The position numbers and the translations under genes were made by a program. Of a stretch of 64,000 bases of DNA, positions 30,640-39,205 are shown in pieces. Within the stretch, counting starts at the first letter, position 1, and each line of letters starts with the position of its first letter. Origin of the DNA: an uncultured Gemmatimonadales bacterium (GTDB taxonomy: Bacteria; Gemmatimonadota; Gemmatimonadetes; Gemmatimonadales; Gemmatimonadaceae); assembly GCA_963793305.1 (NCBI GenBank), contig CAWBZV010000010.1, positions 96,001 through 160,000 of the forward strand. The letters are read 5' to 3'. The notes beneath the pieces are model-generated. The model saw only the letters and a list, made by a program, of their open reading frames with translations. It ran no database searches and was not told the origin of the DNA.

Positions 30640-31015
30640 GCCACGTGAGTTGTCGACCGGGGCGGCGGACGATCTCGTACGGGCAACGGAGCTCGCGCGC
30701 GAGATGGTCATGCGCTACGGCATGGACGCGACCGTTGGCAACGCGGTCTATCGCGACGGGTCGATTGCGCCGGAATCGCGACTGTACAGCGAGCAGACGG
30801 CGCGCGATATCGAGTCCGCCGTCCGGGGCTTGCTGCAAGGGGCGCTCGATCGCGCCATTGCGATTTTGACGCTCAACCGGACTGCGCTCGACGACGGCGC
30901 GAAGCGCTTGCTCGACCGCGAGACGCTGACGCGCGACCAACTGCCGTCCGTCACGCCGGCGCCGGAGGAAGAGGCCCCCCGCGTCAGTGTCAGCGTCAGG
31001 GAACCCCTGACATAG
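30640..31015 (+). pseudogene. C-terminal fragment of an FtsH (peptidase M41) protease
   Basis: ELSTGAADDLVRATELAREMVMRYGM...YSEQTARDIESAV...LLDRETL, with no AAA domain or HExxH upstream. Confidence 0.75.
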
Positions 31016-31034
31016 AACGCGGTGAGCCCCGACG
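30994..31034. promoter_or_regulatory. Tandem operator boxes upstream of the nirK-like gene
   Basis: CGTCAG-GGAACCC-CTGACA (30994) and AACGCG-GTGAGCC-CCGACG (31016, +22). The first half-site is the last of three hexamers, CGTCAG TGTCAG CGTCAG (30982-30999). Confidence 0.75.
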
Positions 31035-31067
31035 CCGCAGGGGTTCGCGGTTCGCGATTGTTGGACC

Positions 31068-32075
31068 ATGCGTACATCTACTCACAAACTCATCTCCCTT
31101 GTCCTTATCGTCGTCGCGCTGATCGTCGGCGGCTTCTCGCTCCTCGGCGCCGTGCGCCGCGGGGGTCCGATCGAGTCCGTGGACTTCGACCGCGTGCAGC
31201 GCTCGACCTCTCCCGCCTACGATGCTCGGCTCACGAGACCATCGGACGCACGGGTCAAAGCGTTTCGCATCCCGATCAAGGACGCGACGATCGAGATCGC
31301 GGCCGGCGTCACGTATCACGCCTGGACATTCGGTGGCACGGTCCCCGGCCCGGTGCTTCGCGTTCGCGTCGGCGACGAAGTCCGTATTACGGTGGTGAAC
31401 GAGTCACCACTGCCCCACTCGATCGACTTCCACGCAGCCCGGATTCCGGCAAACGTCGCGTATCGCATGATCATGCCGCACGACTCCGTGGCCTTCACGT
31501 TCACGGCGCGCGATGCCGGCGCATTCATGGTGCACTGCGGTACCCCCCCGGTGCTCATGCACATCATGCAGGGCATGTATCTCCCGATCATCGTCGACCC
31601 CCGAGACGGCTGGCCGACCGCAGCGGACAAGGAGTTCGTGTTGGTCGAGAGTGAGTTCTACAACAAAGGACAGGACGCCGACTGGCCCGCGGCGATGGCG
31701 AAGAACGCCAGCTATGTCGTCTTCAATGGCCGGGCGTTCCAATACAGGGACATCCCCCTCCACGTCGATGTCGGTGATCGCGTGCGATTGTTCGTGGTGA
31801 ACGCCGGGCCGAACGCGACCAGCGACTTTCACATCGTCGGCGCCGTCTTCGACCACGTATATCCCAATGGCGATCCGTCGCATGGGCTGAGCGGCGTGCA
31901 GACCTATGCTGTCCCGCCTGGCGGCGGCGCGGTCTTCGAGACCGTGTTCGACCGAGGCGCCAGTGGCGAGGGCTTGTATCCGTTCGTCACGCACAGCTTC
32001 GCTGATGCGGAGAGGGGCGCGGTCGGCGTGATTCAGGTCAGCACGCCGAAGATGTACGCCCACATGTCGCATTGA
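31068..32075 (+). CDS. nirK: Copper nitrite reductase-like two-domain multicopper protein, membrane-anchored
   Basis: WTFGGTVPGP, HSIDFH, VHC...HIMQGM, SDFHIVG and YPFVTHSFADAERGA. The T1/T2 Cu ligands and catalytic Asp/His positions are present. Confidence 0.72.
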   Translation: MRTSTHKLISLVLIVVALIVGGFSLLGAVRRGGPIESVDFDRVQRSTSPAYDARLTRPSDARVKAFRIPIKDATIEIAAGVTYHAWTFGGTVPGPVLRVRVGDEVRITVVNESPLPHSIDFHAARIPANVAYRMIMPHDSVAFTFTARDAGAFMVHCGTPPVLMHIMQGMYLPIIVDPRDGWPTAADKEFVLVESEFYNKGQDADWPAAMAKNASYVVFNGRAFQYRDIPLHVDVGDRVRLFVVNAGPNATSDFHIVGAVFDHVYPNGDPSHGLSGVQTYAVPPGGGAVFETVFDRGASGEGLYPFVTHSFADAERGAVGVIQVSTPKMYAHMSH

Positions 32076-33958
32076 CATACACCAGGCTGAGCTCGATGGC
32101 AGCCGGAGGAAACGAGCGACCCCGGTATTCGACACTACTGCCAGTGGCTGCGGCGGTCGCGCTCGGTGCTGGCGGCGCCCTGTGGGTCTCGCCCGCCACG
32201 CGATCAATGGCGGTCGAAATCTGGGAGCTCGGCCTCGCCGCCATCGGAGCACCGTTGGTATGGCAGACAGTCCGAGGGCTTTTCGCGCGACGCTTCGCGG
32301 CGGATATCGTCGCCTCTTTGTCGATCATTGCGGCGTTGATCTTTCTTCAACCGTTCGCTGGTCTCTTGATCGTGCTGATGCAGAGTGGCGGCGAGGCACT
32401 CGAGCAGTTCGCCGCCGGCCGCGCATCGGCGGCCGTCCGCGCACTCGAAGCCGCGGCGCCGAATGTGGCCCACCGATTGATCGGCAATGGCGTCGAGGAC
32501 GTGTCCGCCGACGTAGTGGCGGTCGGCGACATGCTGTTGATCCGCCCGGGTGATCTCGTCCCTTGCGACGGACTCGTCGTGCACGGGCGCTCACATGTCG
32601 ACACGTCGCGCTTGACCGGGGAACCGATTCCCGTCAGCGCCGAACCAGGCACACGGCTGCTGAGCGGAAGCCTCAACGGCGAGGGCCCGCTTGCGGTGCG
32701 CGTGACGGCGCTGGCCCGGGAAAGCCAGTATGCCCGTATCGTCGATCTCGTCCGGTCGGCGCAGGCGAGCAAGGCGCCGCTCCAACGACTCGCGGACCGG
32801 TACGCCATCTGGTTCACGCCACTGACGCTCGCCGCGTGCGCGGTGGTCTACGTCCTCACGCATGACGCGATCAGAGTACTCGCCGTCCTGGTCGTCGCGA
32901 CGCCGTGTCCGCTCATTCTCGCGGCGCCGGTCGCCATCATCGGCGGCATCAATCGCGCCGCGCAGCGCCAGATCATCGTGCGCCACGGCGGCGCGCTCGA
33001 ACAACTCGCCGGCGTGAACGTGATGGTGTTCGACAAGACGGGCACGTTGACGGTCGGCCAGCCGACCGTGCGTCGGGTGGTGCCCGCGCCAGGCGAGGAT
33101 GAGGCGACGGTACTCGGATTGGCCGCGGGAGTCGAGCGCGGATCGAGTCACCTCCTGGCGCGCACCGTGGTAGAGGCCGCCGAACACCGGGGTCTCGCCG
33201 TCAGGACCGCCGACGATATTGTCGAGGTTCCAGGTCGCGGAGTGACTGGGACGGTGGACGGTCACCGCGTCACAGTCGGATCGCGCGCGTTCGTCGTCGA
33301 GCGCCATCCGGGAACGGCACCCGCCATCGCGACGCTTGACGCCGGGACAAGCGCGCTGCGCGCTTACGTCGTGATCGACGGCCGGGCCGGCGGGATGATC
33401 GAGTTCGCCGATCAGTTGCGGCCCTCCGTTACGAATCTCGTCACTGATTTAGGCCGACTCGGCATCGAGCGCACCATCCTATTGTCTGGTGACCAAGAAC
33501 GGTACACGCAGGATATCGCCTTGGCGTCCGGCATTCGTGAGGCACATGGCGGGCTCCTTCCCGCGGACAAAGAGCGCATCGTGCGCCAACTCGGCCGCGA
33601 CGGCAATCGGGTGCTCATGGTCGGCAATGGGACGAACAATGCCCCGGCGCTCTCCAGCGCCGCGGTCGGCGTAGCGCTTGCCGGCCACGGCGGCGGGATC
33701 GCCGCCGAGGCCGCCGACGTCGTGCTGCTGGTGGATGACGTATCGCGCGTCGTCGACGCCATCCGCATCGGCCGCCACACCGTCCGCATCGCGAAGGAAA
33801 GCATCTGGGCCGGACTCGGCCTCAGCGCGGCGGCCATGGTGTGCGCGGCATTCGGTCTGATCCCGCCAGCAGTGGGCGCTGGGCTGCAAGAAGCGATCAA
33901 TGTCGCGGTGATCGTCAACGCGCTGCGTGCGTCGGTGAAACCCGGATACCACGGCTGA
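32072..33958 (+). CDS. Heavy-metal P1B-type ATPase (TPCP, P1B-5-like) with Asp->Asn changes in conserved motifs
   Basis: LTGE, ATPCP, DKTGTLT and SSHLLA. The hinge reads MVGNGTNNAPAL and the last TM reads QEAIN. Confidence 0.88.
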   Translation: MTYTRLSSMAAGGNERPRYSTLLPVAAAVALGAGGALWVSPATRSMAVEIWELGLAAIGAPLVWQTVRGLFARRFAADIVASLSIIAALIFLQPFAGLLIVLMQSGGEALEQFAAGRASAAVRALEAAAPNVAHRLIGNGVEDVSADVVAVGDMLLIRPGDLVPCDGLVVHGRSHVDTSRLTGEPIPVSAEPGTRLLSGSLNGEGPLAVRVTALARESQYARIVDLVRSAQASKAPLQRLADRYAIWFTPLTLAACAVVYVLTHDAIRVLAVLVVATPCPLILAAPVAIIGGINRAAQRQIIVRHGGALEQLAGVNVMVFDKTGTLTVGQPTVRRVVPAPGEDEATVLGLAAGVERGSSHLLARTVVEAAEHRGLAVRTADDIVEVPGRGVTGTVDGHRVTVGSRAFVVERHPGTAPAIATLDAGTSALRAYVVIDGRAGGMIEFADQLRPSVTNLVTDLGRLGIERTILLSGDQERYTQDIALASGIREAHGGLLPADKERIVRQLGRDGNRVLMVGNGTNNAPALSSAAVGVALAGHGGGIAAEAADVVLLVDDVSRVVDAIRIGRHTVRIAKESIWAGLGLSAAAMVCAAFGLIPPAVGAGLQEAINVAVIVNALRASVKPGYHG

Positions 33959-33959
33959 C

Positions 33960-34537
33960 TCACACAACGGCGCTGCCGACAGCCTGTCGGGCCATAGCGG
34001 ACAGACGGTAGACGCGGCCACCTCGCGCGGCGAGCGAATGCTCGACGGTTATTTCATCCGGATGCGCGGCCGCCACATGGGCACCAACCGATTCGGCGAA
34101 CGCGAGCACATCGTTCGCGTCCGTCCCCTTTCGGATCGGCACCAGGATATGCATCCCTCGGCTGCCCAACGTCTTGGCGTACGACACCAGGTTGAGCGCG
34201 TCGAGGACTGCCTTGACGTACGATCCCGCGCGAGCGGCGTCGGCAAACTCACCGGACGGTGGATCGATGTCGAAGCATACCCAGTCGGGCTGCCGCGGTG
34301 CGCTCGCCCGGCTCGCCATCACGTGTACCGCAATGCAGCCCATGTTGACCAGCGTCAGCTGCGTGAGCAAGGAACCGCCGACCACGTACTCCGTGAACGC
34401 GCGCGTCTCGGTCTCATGAGCGATCCGCTTGGTCGGCGTATGGCATGGGGGGTGAATGCTTCTTTCAGAAACTGGTACCCAAGGGTATGCCGCCCGGGAT
34501 GCGACACGGCGATCGGCAATTCCCCGGTGTGCTTCAT
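33960..34537 (-). pseudogene. LigD-type primase/polymerase domain remnant
   Basis: LVNMGCIAVH...PDWVCFDIDP...KTLGSRGMHILVP...RGGRVY, then truncated; the upstream part is out of frame. Confidence 0.7.
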
Positions 34538-34544
34538 GCGCCGT

Positions 34545-35171
34545 TCAGCGTATCCAGCTCAGCGTGACAACCGGCTTGCGTGGAGTCGGCGGCGCATCCT
34601 CAGTCGGAACACCGACGATGATCGCCGCGAACGCGTGAATGTCCGCGGGGATGCCAAGCTCCGCTTTTGTTTCCGGCTCATTCAGCGCTTTGAGCGCGAA
34701 TCCAATGCAACACGTGCCCAACCCCTCCGCGCACGCCGCCAGCATCAGGTTCTCGGCCGCCAGCCAGCAGTCCGCGGAGACGAACTCGCCAGTCGGAGTT
34801 GCGCCGATGACGACCAGCGTACCGGCATCATAGAAGATATTGAACGCCGGGTCGCCAAACGGTGAGGCGAGACCGTCACCGGGAGAGCCGGGCTGTTTCA
34901 GCACATTGCCGTGTCGCAATGCCTCCGCGCGGGCCATCCCCTTCGCCCGGTCGGACAGTCGCGCGAGCACCGCGCGATTCTGCACGACAATGAACCGCCA
35001 CGGCTCTTCGTGCATGGCCGTCGGCGCGCGCACCGCAGCATCGAGCAGCGCCCGCAACTGACCCTCGTCAATCGGATCTGTCTTGTACGATCGAACCGAG
35101 CGCCGCCGGTAGATGAGATCGACCAGGTCGCTGTGCGCCTCCGGCTCCCTGACATTCGTATGCATGGTCAT
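34545..35171 (-). CDS. Nitroreductase-family protein
   Basis: IYRRRSVRSY, APTAMHEEPWRFIVV and AAENLMLAACAEGLGTCCIG. Confidence 0.9.
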   Translation of the reverse strand: MTMHTNVREPEAHSDLVDLIYRRRSVRSYKTDPIDEGQLRALLDAAVRAPTAMHEEPWRFIVVQNRAVLARLSDRAKGMARAEALRHGNVLKQPGSPGDGLASPFGDPAFNIFYDAGTLVVIGATPTGEFVSADCWLAAENLMLAACAEGLGTCCIGFALKALNEPETKAELGIPADIHAFAAIIVGVPTEDAPPTPRKPVVTLSWIR

Positions 35172-35184
35172 TGGTGGCTGGGCC

Positions 35185-35640
35185 TCATACGAGGATGCCG
35201 GACTCTGCGATTCGGACTTCACTCGTAACGCCCCGCACTCCGCCCACGCACTCGAGCGCACGCTCGACCGCGTCATTCGCGCGCGCCGAAGGGACCGTGC
35301 CGCCGAGCGTCACCCAGCCGTCCTCGACCCGGATCGTCACGTGGAGCAGCCCACCCGCGACCGCCGCCGGCAACGCCGCCACGATCGCATGCGCAATCGT
35401 CGTATCACTGAGCGGCCGCGTAGCCTCGCCCACCACGTGCAATCCTTCGGCAATGGCCCGCACGCCATGCACATTGGCAATCGCGCGCTCTACCGCGATC
35501 TTCTGACTGACGGACGGAACGTACCCCGTCAACGTGATCACCCCGTCGGCGATCGTCACGCCGACCGTGCGCTGTGTCGTGCCCAGCTCGCGCTCGAGCG
35601 TGGCGACAACGTCACCATAGATCTCTCGATCCGTTCGCAT
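35185..35640 (-). CDS. Two-BON-domain protein
   Basis: MRTDREI...DGVITLTGYV and VEDGWVTLGGTV...GGVRGV. Confidence 0.85.
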   Translation of the reverse strand: MRTDREIYGDVVATLERELGTTQRTVGVTIADGVITLTGYVPSVSQKIAVERAIANVHGVRAIAEGLHVVGEATRPLSDTTIAHAIVAALPAAVAGGLLHVTIRVEDGWVTLGGTVPSARANDAVERALECVGGVRGVTSEVRIAESGILV

Positions 35641-35697
35641 TGTCTGCCTCTCGTGGCTTGATGTGACGACAAGCTAGGCACGAGTCACACGCGCGGG

Positions 35698-35738
35698 TGT
35701 CGGGCTATCGCTCGACTTCCGTCCGACATTCCCCGACG
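35698..35738. promoter_or_regulatory. Tandem operator boxes upstream of BON-nitroreductase
   Basis: TGTCGG half-box (35698) and CGTCCG-ACATTCC-CCGACG (35720, +22). Confidence 0.55.
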
Positions 35739-36190
35739 GGTGGCTCCAAGCTTCGCGATACTGTCGACGTCGTGCTGGTCGGATACCTGCGCGGTCGCGG
35801 CAGGCGCGCGGCGCTGGGCATCGGATCACTCCTCGGCGCCGTCTACGATCCGGCGCACGATCGGTTCCGAACGATCGCAAGATCGGGTCGGGACTCTCGG
35901 ACTCCCAATGGAAAGCCCTACGCGCCAAGCTCGACGAGCAGGCCAAGCGGGTCTAGCCGGCACGCGTCGATTCGTCGATCACGCCGGACGTCTGGGTCGA
36001 GCCCACATACGTTGTCGAGGTGCTAGCGGACGAGATCACGCAGTCGCCGTTTCACACGGCGGGCAAGGTCGACGGAAAGCCGGGGTATGCGCTCCGGTTT
36101 CCCCGGGTGCTGTCGCTGCGGACCGACAAGTCGCCGGCCGACGCAACGACCGAGCGAGAGATCGTGAGTCTGTACCGCATGCAACGGCGA
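35738..36190 (+). pseudogene. C-terminal OB-fold remnant of an ATP-dependent DNA ligase
   Basis: DTVDVVLVGYLRGRGRR, GSLLGAVYD, (K)IGSGLSD, PDVWVEP, EITQSPFHT and LRFPR...RTDKS. Frameshift at ~35880, in-frame TAG at ~35954, no adenylation domain. Confidence 0.78.
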
Positions 36191-36286
36191 TCTCGCCCTA
36201 ACACTGCCGCGAAGCGGTCACGGTCTCCCACCCGAACCCGAGCACGCGCACAGTGGCCGGGATTCGAATGGGAGATCCTGTCCTGC

Positions 36287-36949
36287 TTAGCCCGTCACCG
36301 TGATCAGATCCTCGACGTCGGTCACGCCGGGCGCCGACCATGCTGCGCGCTCAGCCTCGCGCCGTTCCGGCCACGACGGCACGCTACCGCGCAGCGTGAC
36401 CTTCGGCCCAATCGTCTGCACGACGATCCGGCTCGCGTCGACCTCGGCGTGCCGCTTGAGCGCCGCCTCGATCTCGGTCTTGACCGTTTGCGACGTTGGC
36501 ATACGCGGACTCACCACGATGAGATTCGTGATGCCCCGTAGGCCGACCAGAGTGCGCAGCGAGCGCTCAGCCTCACTACGCTGGTACTCGTGGTCCACTG
36601 TCCCGCCGAGCGTCGCCCATCCCTTCTCGACGGCGACGGTCACTTTCCCCCGAGGCACGAAGCTGTTCCATTCGATCAATGTCGCCGCACCCTCAGCGAG
36701 TCTCGCGTCCGTTCGCTCGTCGGCCTTGGGCAAAGCAATCTCGAGCTCCTGCGCGACCGCGCGCACGCCCTTGACGCGCTCAGCGGCCCTGAGCGCTGCA
36801 TACTTCTCGGCATAACTCGGGACCGTGCCCCGCAAGGTCACCACCCCATCCTTGGCCTTGACCCCGATCCCCTTCTCCGTGACGCTCGGCTCCCAGCCGA
36901 GCTCGGCGAGCACATCGCGTTCCAGATCCGTATCCGTTTTGATCGGCAT
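36287..36949 (-). CDS. Three-BON-domain (OsmY-like) protein, paralog of 28915..29574
   Basis: AGGAGG RBS; KTDTDLERDVLAELGWEPSV...KDGVVTLRG...AAWSAPGV. Confidence 0.92.
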   Translation of the reverse strand: MPIKTDTDLERDVLAELGWEPSVTEKGIGVKAKDGVVTLRGTVPSYAEKYAALRAAERVKGVRAVAQELEIALPKADERTDARLAEGAATLIEWNSFVPRGKVTVAVEKGWATLGGTVDHEYQRSEAERSLRTLVGLRGITNLIVVSPRMPTSQTVKTEIEAALKRHAEVDASRIVVQTIGPKVTLRGSVPSWPERREAERAAWSAPGVTDVEDLITVTG

Positions 36950-37008
36950 ATCGCCTCCTATTGTGAGTACTATGGCGATTGCTATTTAGATCAGGCCGCG
37001 GTCAATCG

Positions 37009-37049
37009 TGTCAGGGGATCCCGGTAATCGTGTGCGGAATTCTCGGACA
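37009..37049. promoter_or_regulatory. Tandem operator boxes upstream of the BON gene
   Basis: TGTCAG-GGGATCC-CGGTAA (37009) and TGTGCG-GAATTCT-CGGACA (37031, +22). Confidence 0.7.
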
Positions 37050-37068
37050 TGGTGCTGACACAGCAAGA

Positions 37069-37100
37069 ACCCCCCGCACCGATCGCTCAATGCGGGGGGT
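37069..37100. terminator. Strong hairpin, terminator-like
   Basis: ACCCCCCGCA-N12-TGCGGGGGGT, a perfect 10-bp stem. Confidence 0.55.
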
Positions 37101-37321
37101 CCTTCAGCTGGTAGCTGTCGATCGTTCGTTCGGCACCACCGAAATGGTCTGATCGATAGCCGTGACCGTCGTCGAACGGGTTCGCCATCGGCCTTTTTCA
37201 CGACGCTGTGACCAGCGACCTCACAGCCTGCGCACCATTGCCGAACAGCTGATGCGTATGCGCCCATGGTATCCCGTACCAAGAACGCACCACCAATATC
37301 GCCACTTTCGTATGGCACGCC

Positions 37322-37362
37322 AGTCAGGGATTCCCCGAAACACGCAAGCGGTTCTCCCGACA
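37322..37362. promoter_or_regulatory. Tandem operator boxes with no clear adjacent target CDS
   Basis: AGTCAG-GGATTCC-CCGAAA (37322) and GCAAGC-GGTTCTC-CCGACA (37344, +22). Confidence 0.6.
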
Positions 37363-37509
37363 GATAACGCGTCGCGGCATGGTATTCATCATGATGCCGT
37401 GAACCAGGAGTGGAGATGAAGACCGATGCGACCGCTGGGATAGTCACACTTCGCGGGGCAGTACCGAGTTACGGCGAGAAGATTGCTGCGGAACGCGCCG
37501 AGCACTAAC

Positions 37510-38488
37510 ATGCGGCCGCGAATCCTTCTGATCACAACGGCGGTCATCGTGCTTGGGCTCGCGAGTGTCTGCGTGCTCTATGCGCACGACCTCGGACGCG
37601 CGCGTGCGCGCCTTGCCGGCCGTAGTCAGATAGTCGAGACGTCGCTGGGCACCGTGGAGTACGCCGTACTGGGTGCGGGCGAACCGATACTCGCTGTCCA
37701 CGGCGCGAGCGGTGGCTTTGACCAAGGCATCGATCTGACCGGCGCGATGACTGGACACGGCTATCGGATTATCGCTCCCTCCCGTTTCGGCTACCTTCGC
37801 TCGTCGATGCCCGCTGGCGCGACAACCGCCATGCAGGCTGATGCCTACGCCCAACTGCTCGACCACCTCGGCATCGACAAGGTGTTCGTCGTCGGCATTT
37901 CGGCGGGTGCCTGGTCGGCCAGTCAGTTCGCGATCCGATATCCGCAACGGTGCCGGGCGCTTGTGCTCCTCGTTCCCGCGAACTACCTGCCGCCGGGGAT
38001 GTCTATACACGGCGGCGCCATCGCGAGGGCGATCTTGAGCTCCGATTTCGTCGCCTGGGCAGCGCTCAAACTCATGCCGCTTGCGCCAGGTGGGATGACC
38101 CGGAGCCTGCTCGGCACGGACGATGCCCTTGTGCGCTCATCAGAGCCCAGCGAGAGGGCGCGAATTCAGCAAGTGCTCGACCATCTGCTGCCGATAACAC
38201 CGCGCGCCGCGGGGACACAGTTCGAACGTCCGGACAGCCGCCACGCGCGAGCCGTACGCGATCCAACGTATCGTCTGCCCTGTCCTGACGATCAGTGCCG
38301 ATGACGATCAATTTCACACGAACGACCGAGCTCGGTATATCGCGGCCACCGTCCCGGACGGCCGCGATATTGTGTTTCCGACCGGCGGCCATGCGTTGGT
38401 CGGCCACTACACCGACGCCCTGGCTGACGTGATGACTTTTCTCCAGAGAGGTGCGGGGAGCGGCCCGGGCCGCGCGCGCGGCAGCTGA
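37510..38488 (+). CDS. Alpha/beta hydrolase with N-terminal TM; +1 frameshift at ~38225
   Basis: VHGASGG, APSRFGY and GISAG. The corrected frame continues FDVRTAA...CPVLTISADDD...PTGGHAL. Confidence 0.82.
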
Positions 38489-38718
38489 CGGGCCTCTAGC
38501 CTTCGACATGATCACCGTCCGAGTCACGCAAGCGGTCCCGCGCCTGAATGGCCTGGCCGTCTTCGCGCTGGGCCTCTAGTTCTGGCCGAGTCGCTGGCCA
38601 AGCACATTGAAACCCTCGCCGGCGCCGCACGATAGCGCGGCCCACAGTGACGGTCCACAGCGGCGTTTTTCGCATCTCATGTCATGAAGCGCTTCGAACA
38701 CGGCCCAAGCACACGATA

Positions 38719-38946
38719 GTGGATCCGTTGACTGTCGCATTTGGAGTAGCCGTGGCCCGTCGGCGGCGCGCGATGGGACTCTCGTGGCGCGGGCTGGGCA
38801 CGCGGTGCCGTGTGAGTGCGAACACCATACGCAACGTGGAGCGAGCCGTTGGATGCAGTCGACTGGATATCGTCGCGCGCGTCGCCGAGGGTCTGGGGAC
38901 GCCCCTGTGGCGACTGATCCGCGAGGCTGAAAAGAGTCACCGGTGA
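38719..38946 (+). CDS. XRE-family HTH protein
   Basis: FGVAVARRRRAMGLSWRGLG...VSANTIRNVERA...LDIVARVAEGLG. Confidence 0.75.
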   Translation: MDPLTVAFGVAVARRRRAMGLSWRGLGTRCRVSANTIRNVERAVGCSRLDIVARVAEGLGTPLWRLIREAEKSHR

Positions 38947-39109
38947 GGACGACCACGCGATGGGCCGTTGGCTACTCGTCTCTCAGCGCCGCAACGGGAT
39001 CGAGGTTCGCCGCACGTCGCGTGGGTAAGTAACTCGCGACCAATGCCACACACGCCAGGATGGCTCTTGTTCATCCTATTCCATGAACGCGGGAACGTCC
39101 GACACGTAG

Positions 39110-39150
39110 CGTCAGGGACTCCCCGACACGTTCGCGGCTTCGACCCGACA
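39110..39150. promoter_or_regulatory. Tandem operator boxes upstream of a BON gene
   Basis: CGTCAG-GGACTCC-CCGACA (39110) and TCGCGG-CTTCGAC-CCGACA (39132, +22); another CCGACA at 39099. Confidence 0.75.
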
Positions 39151-39205
39151 GACGCCGCGCGGGGCTCGACCGATACTCCTGATGTCAACCGTATCGGAGG
39201 GAGCC

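Noticed and set aside
36986..37447. 153-aa minus-strand ORF
   Set aside because: No recognisable domain, atypical composition, and it runs through operator boxes and a hairpin.
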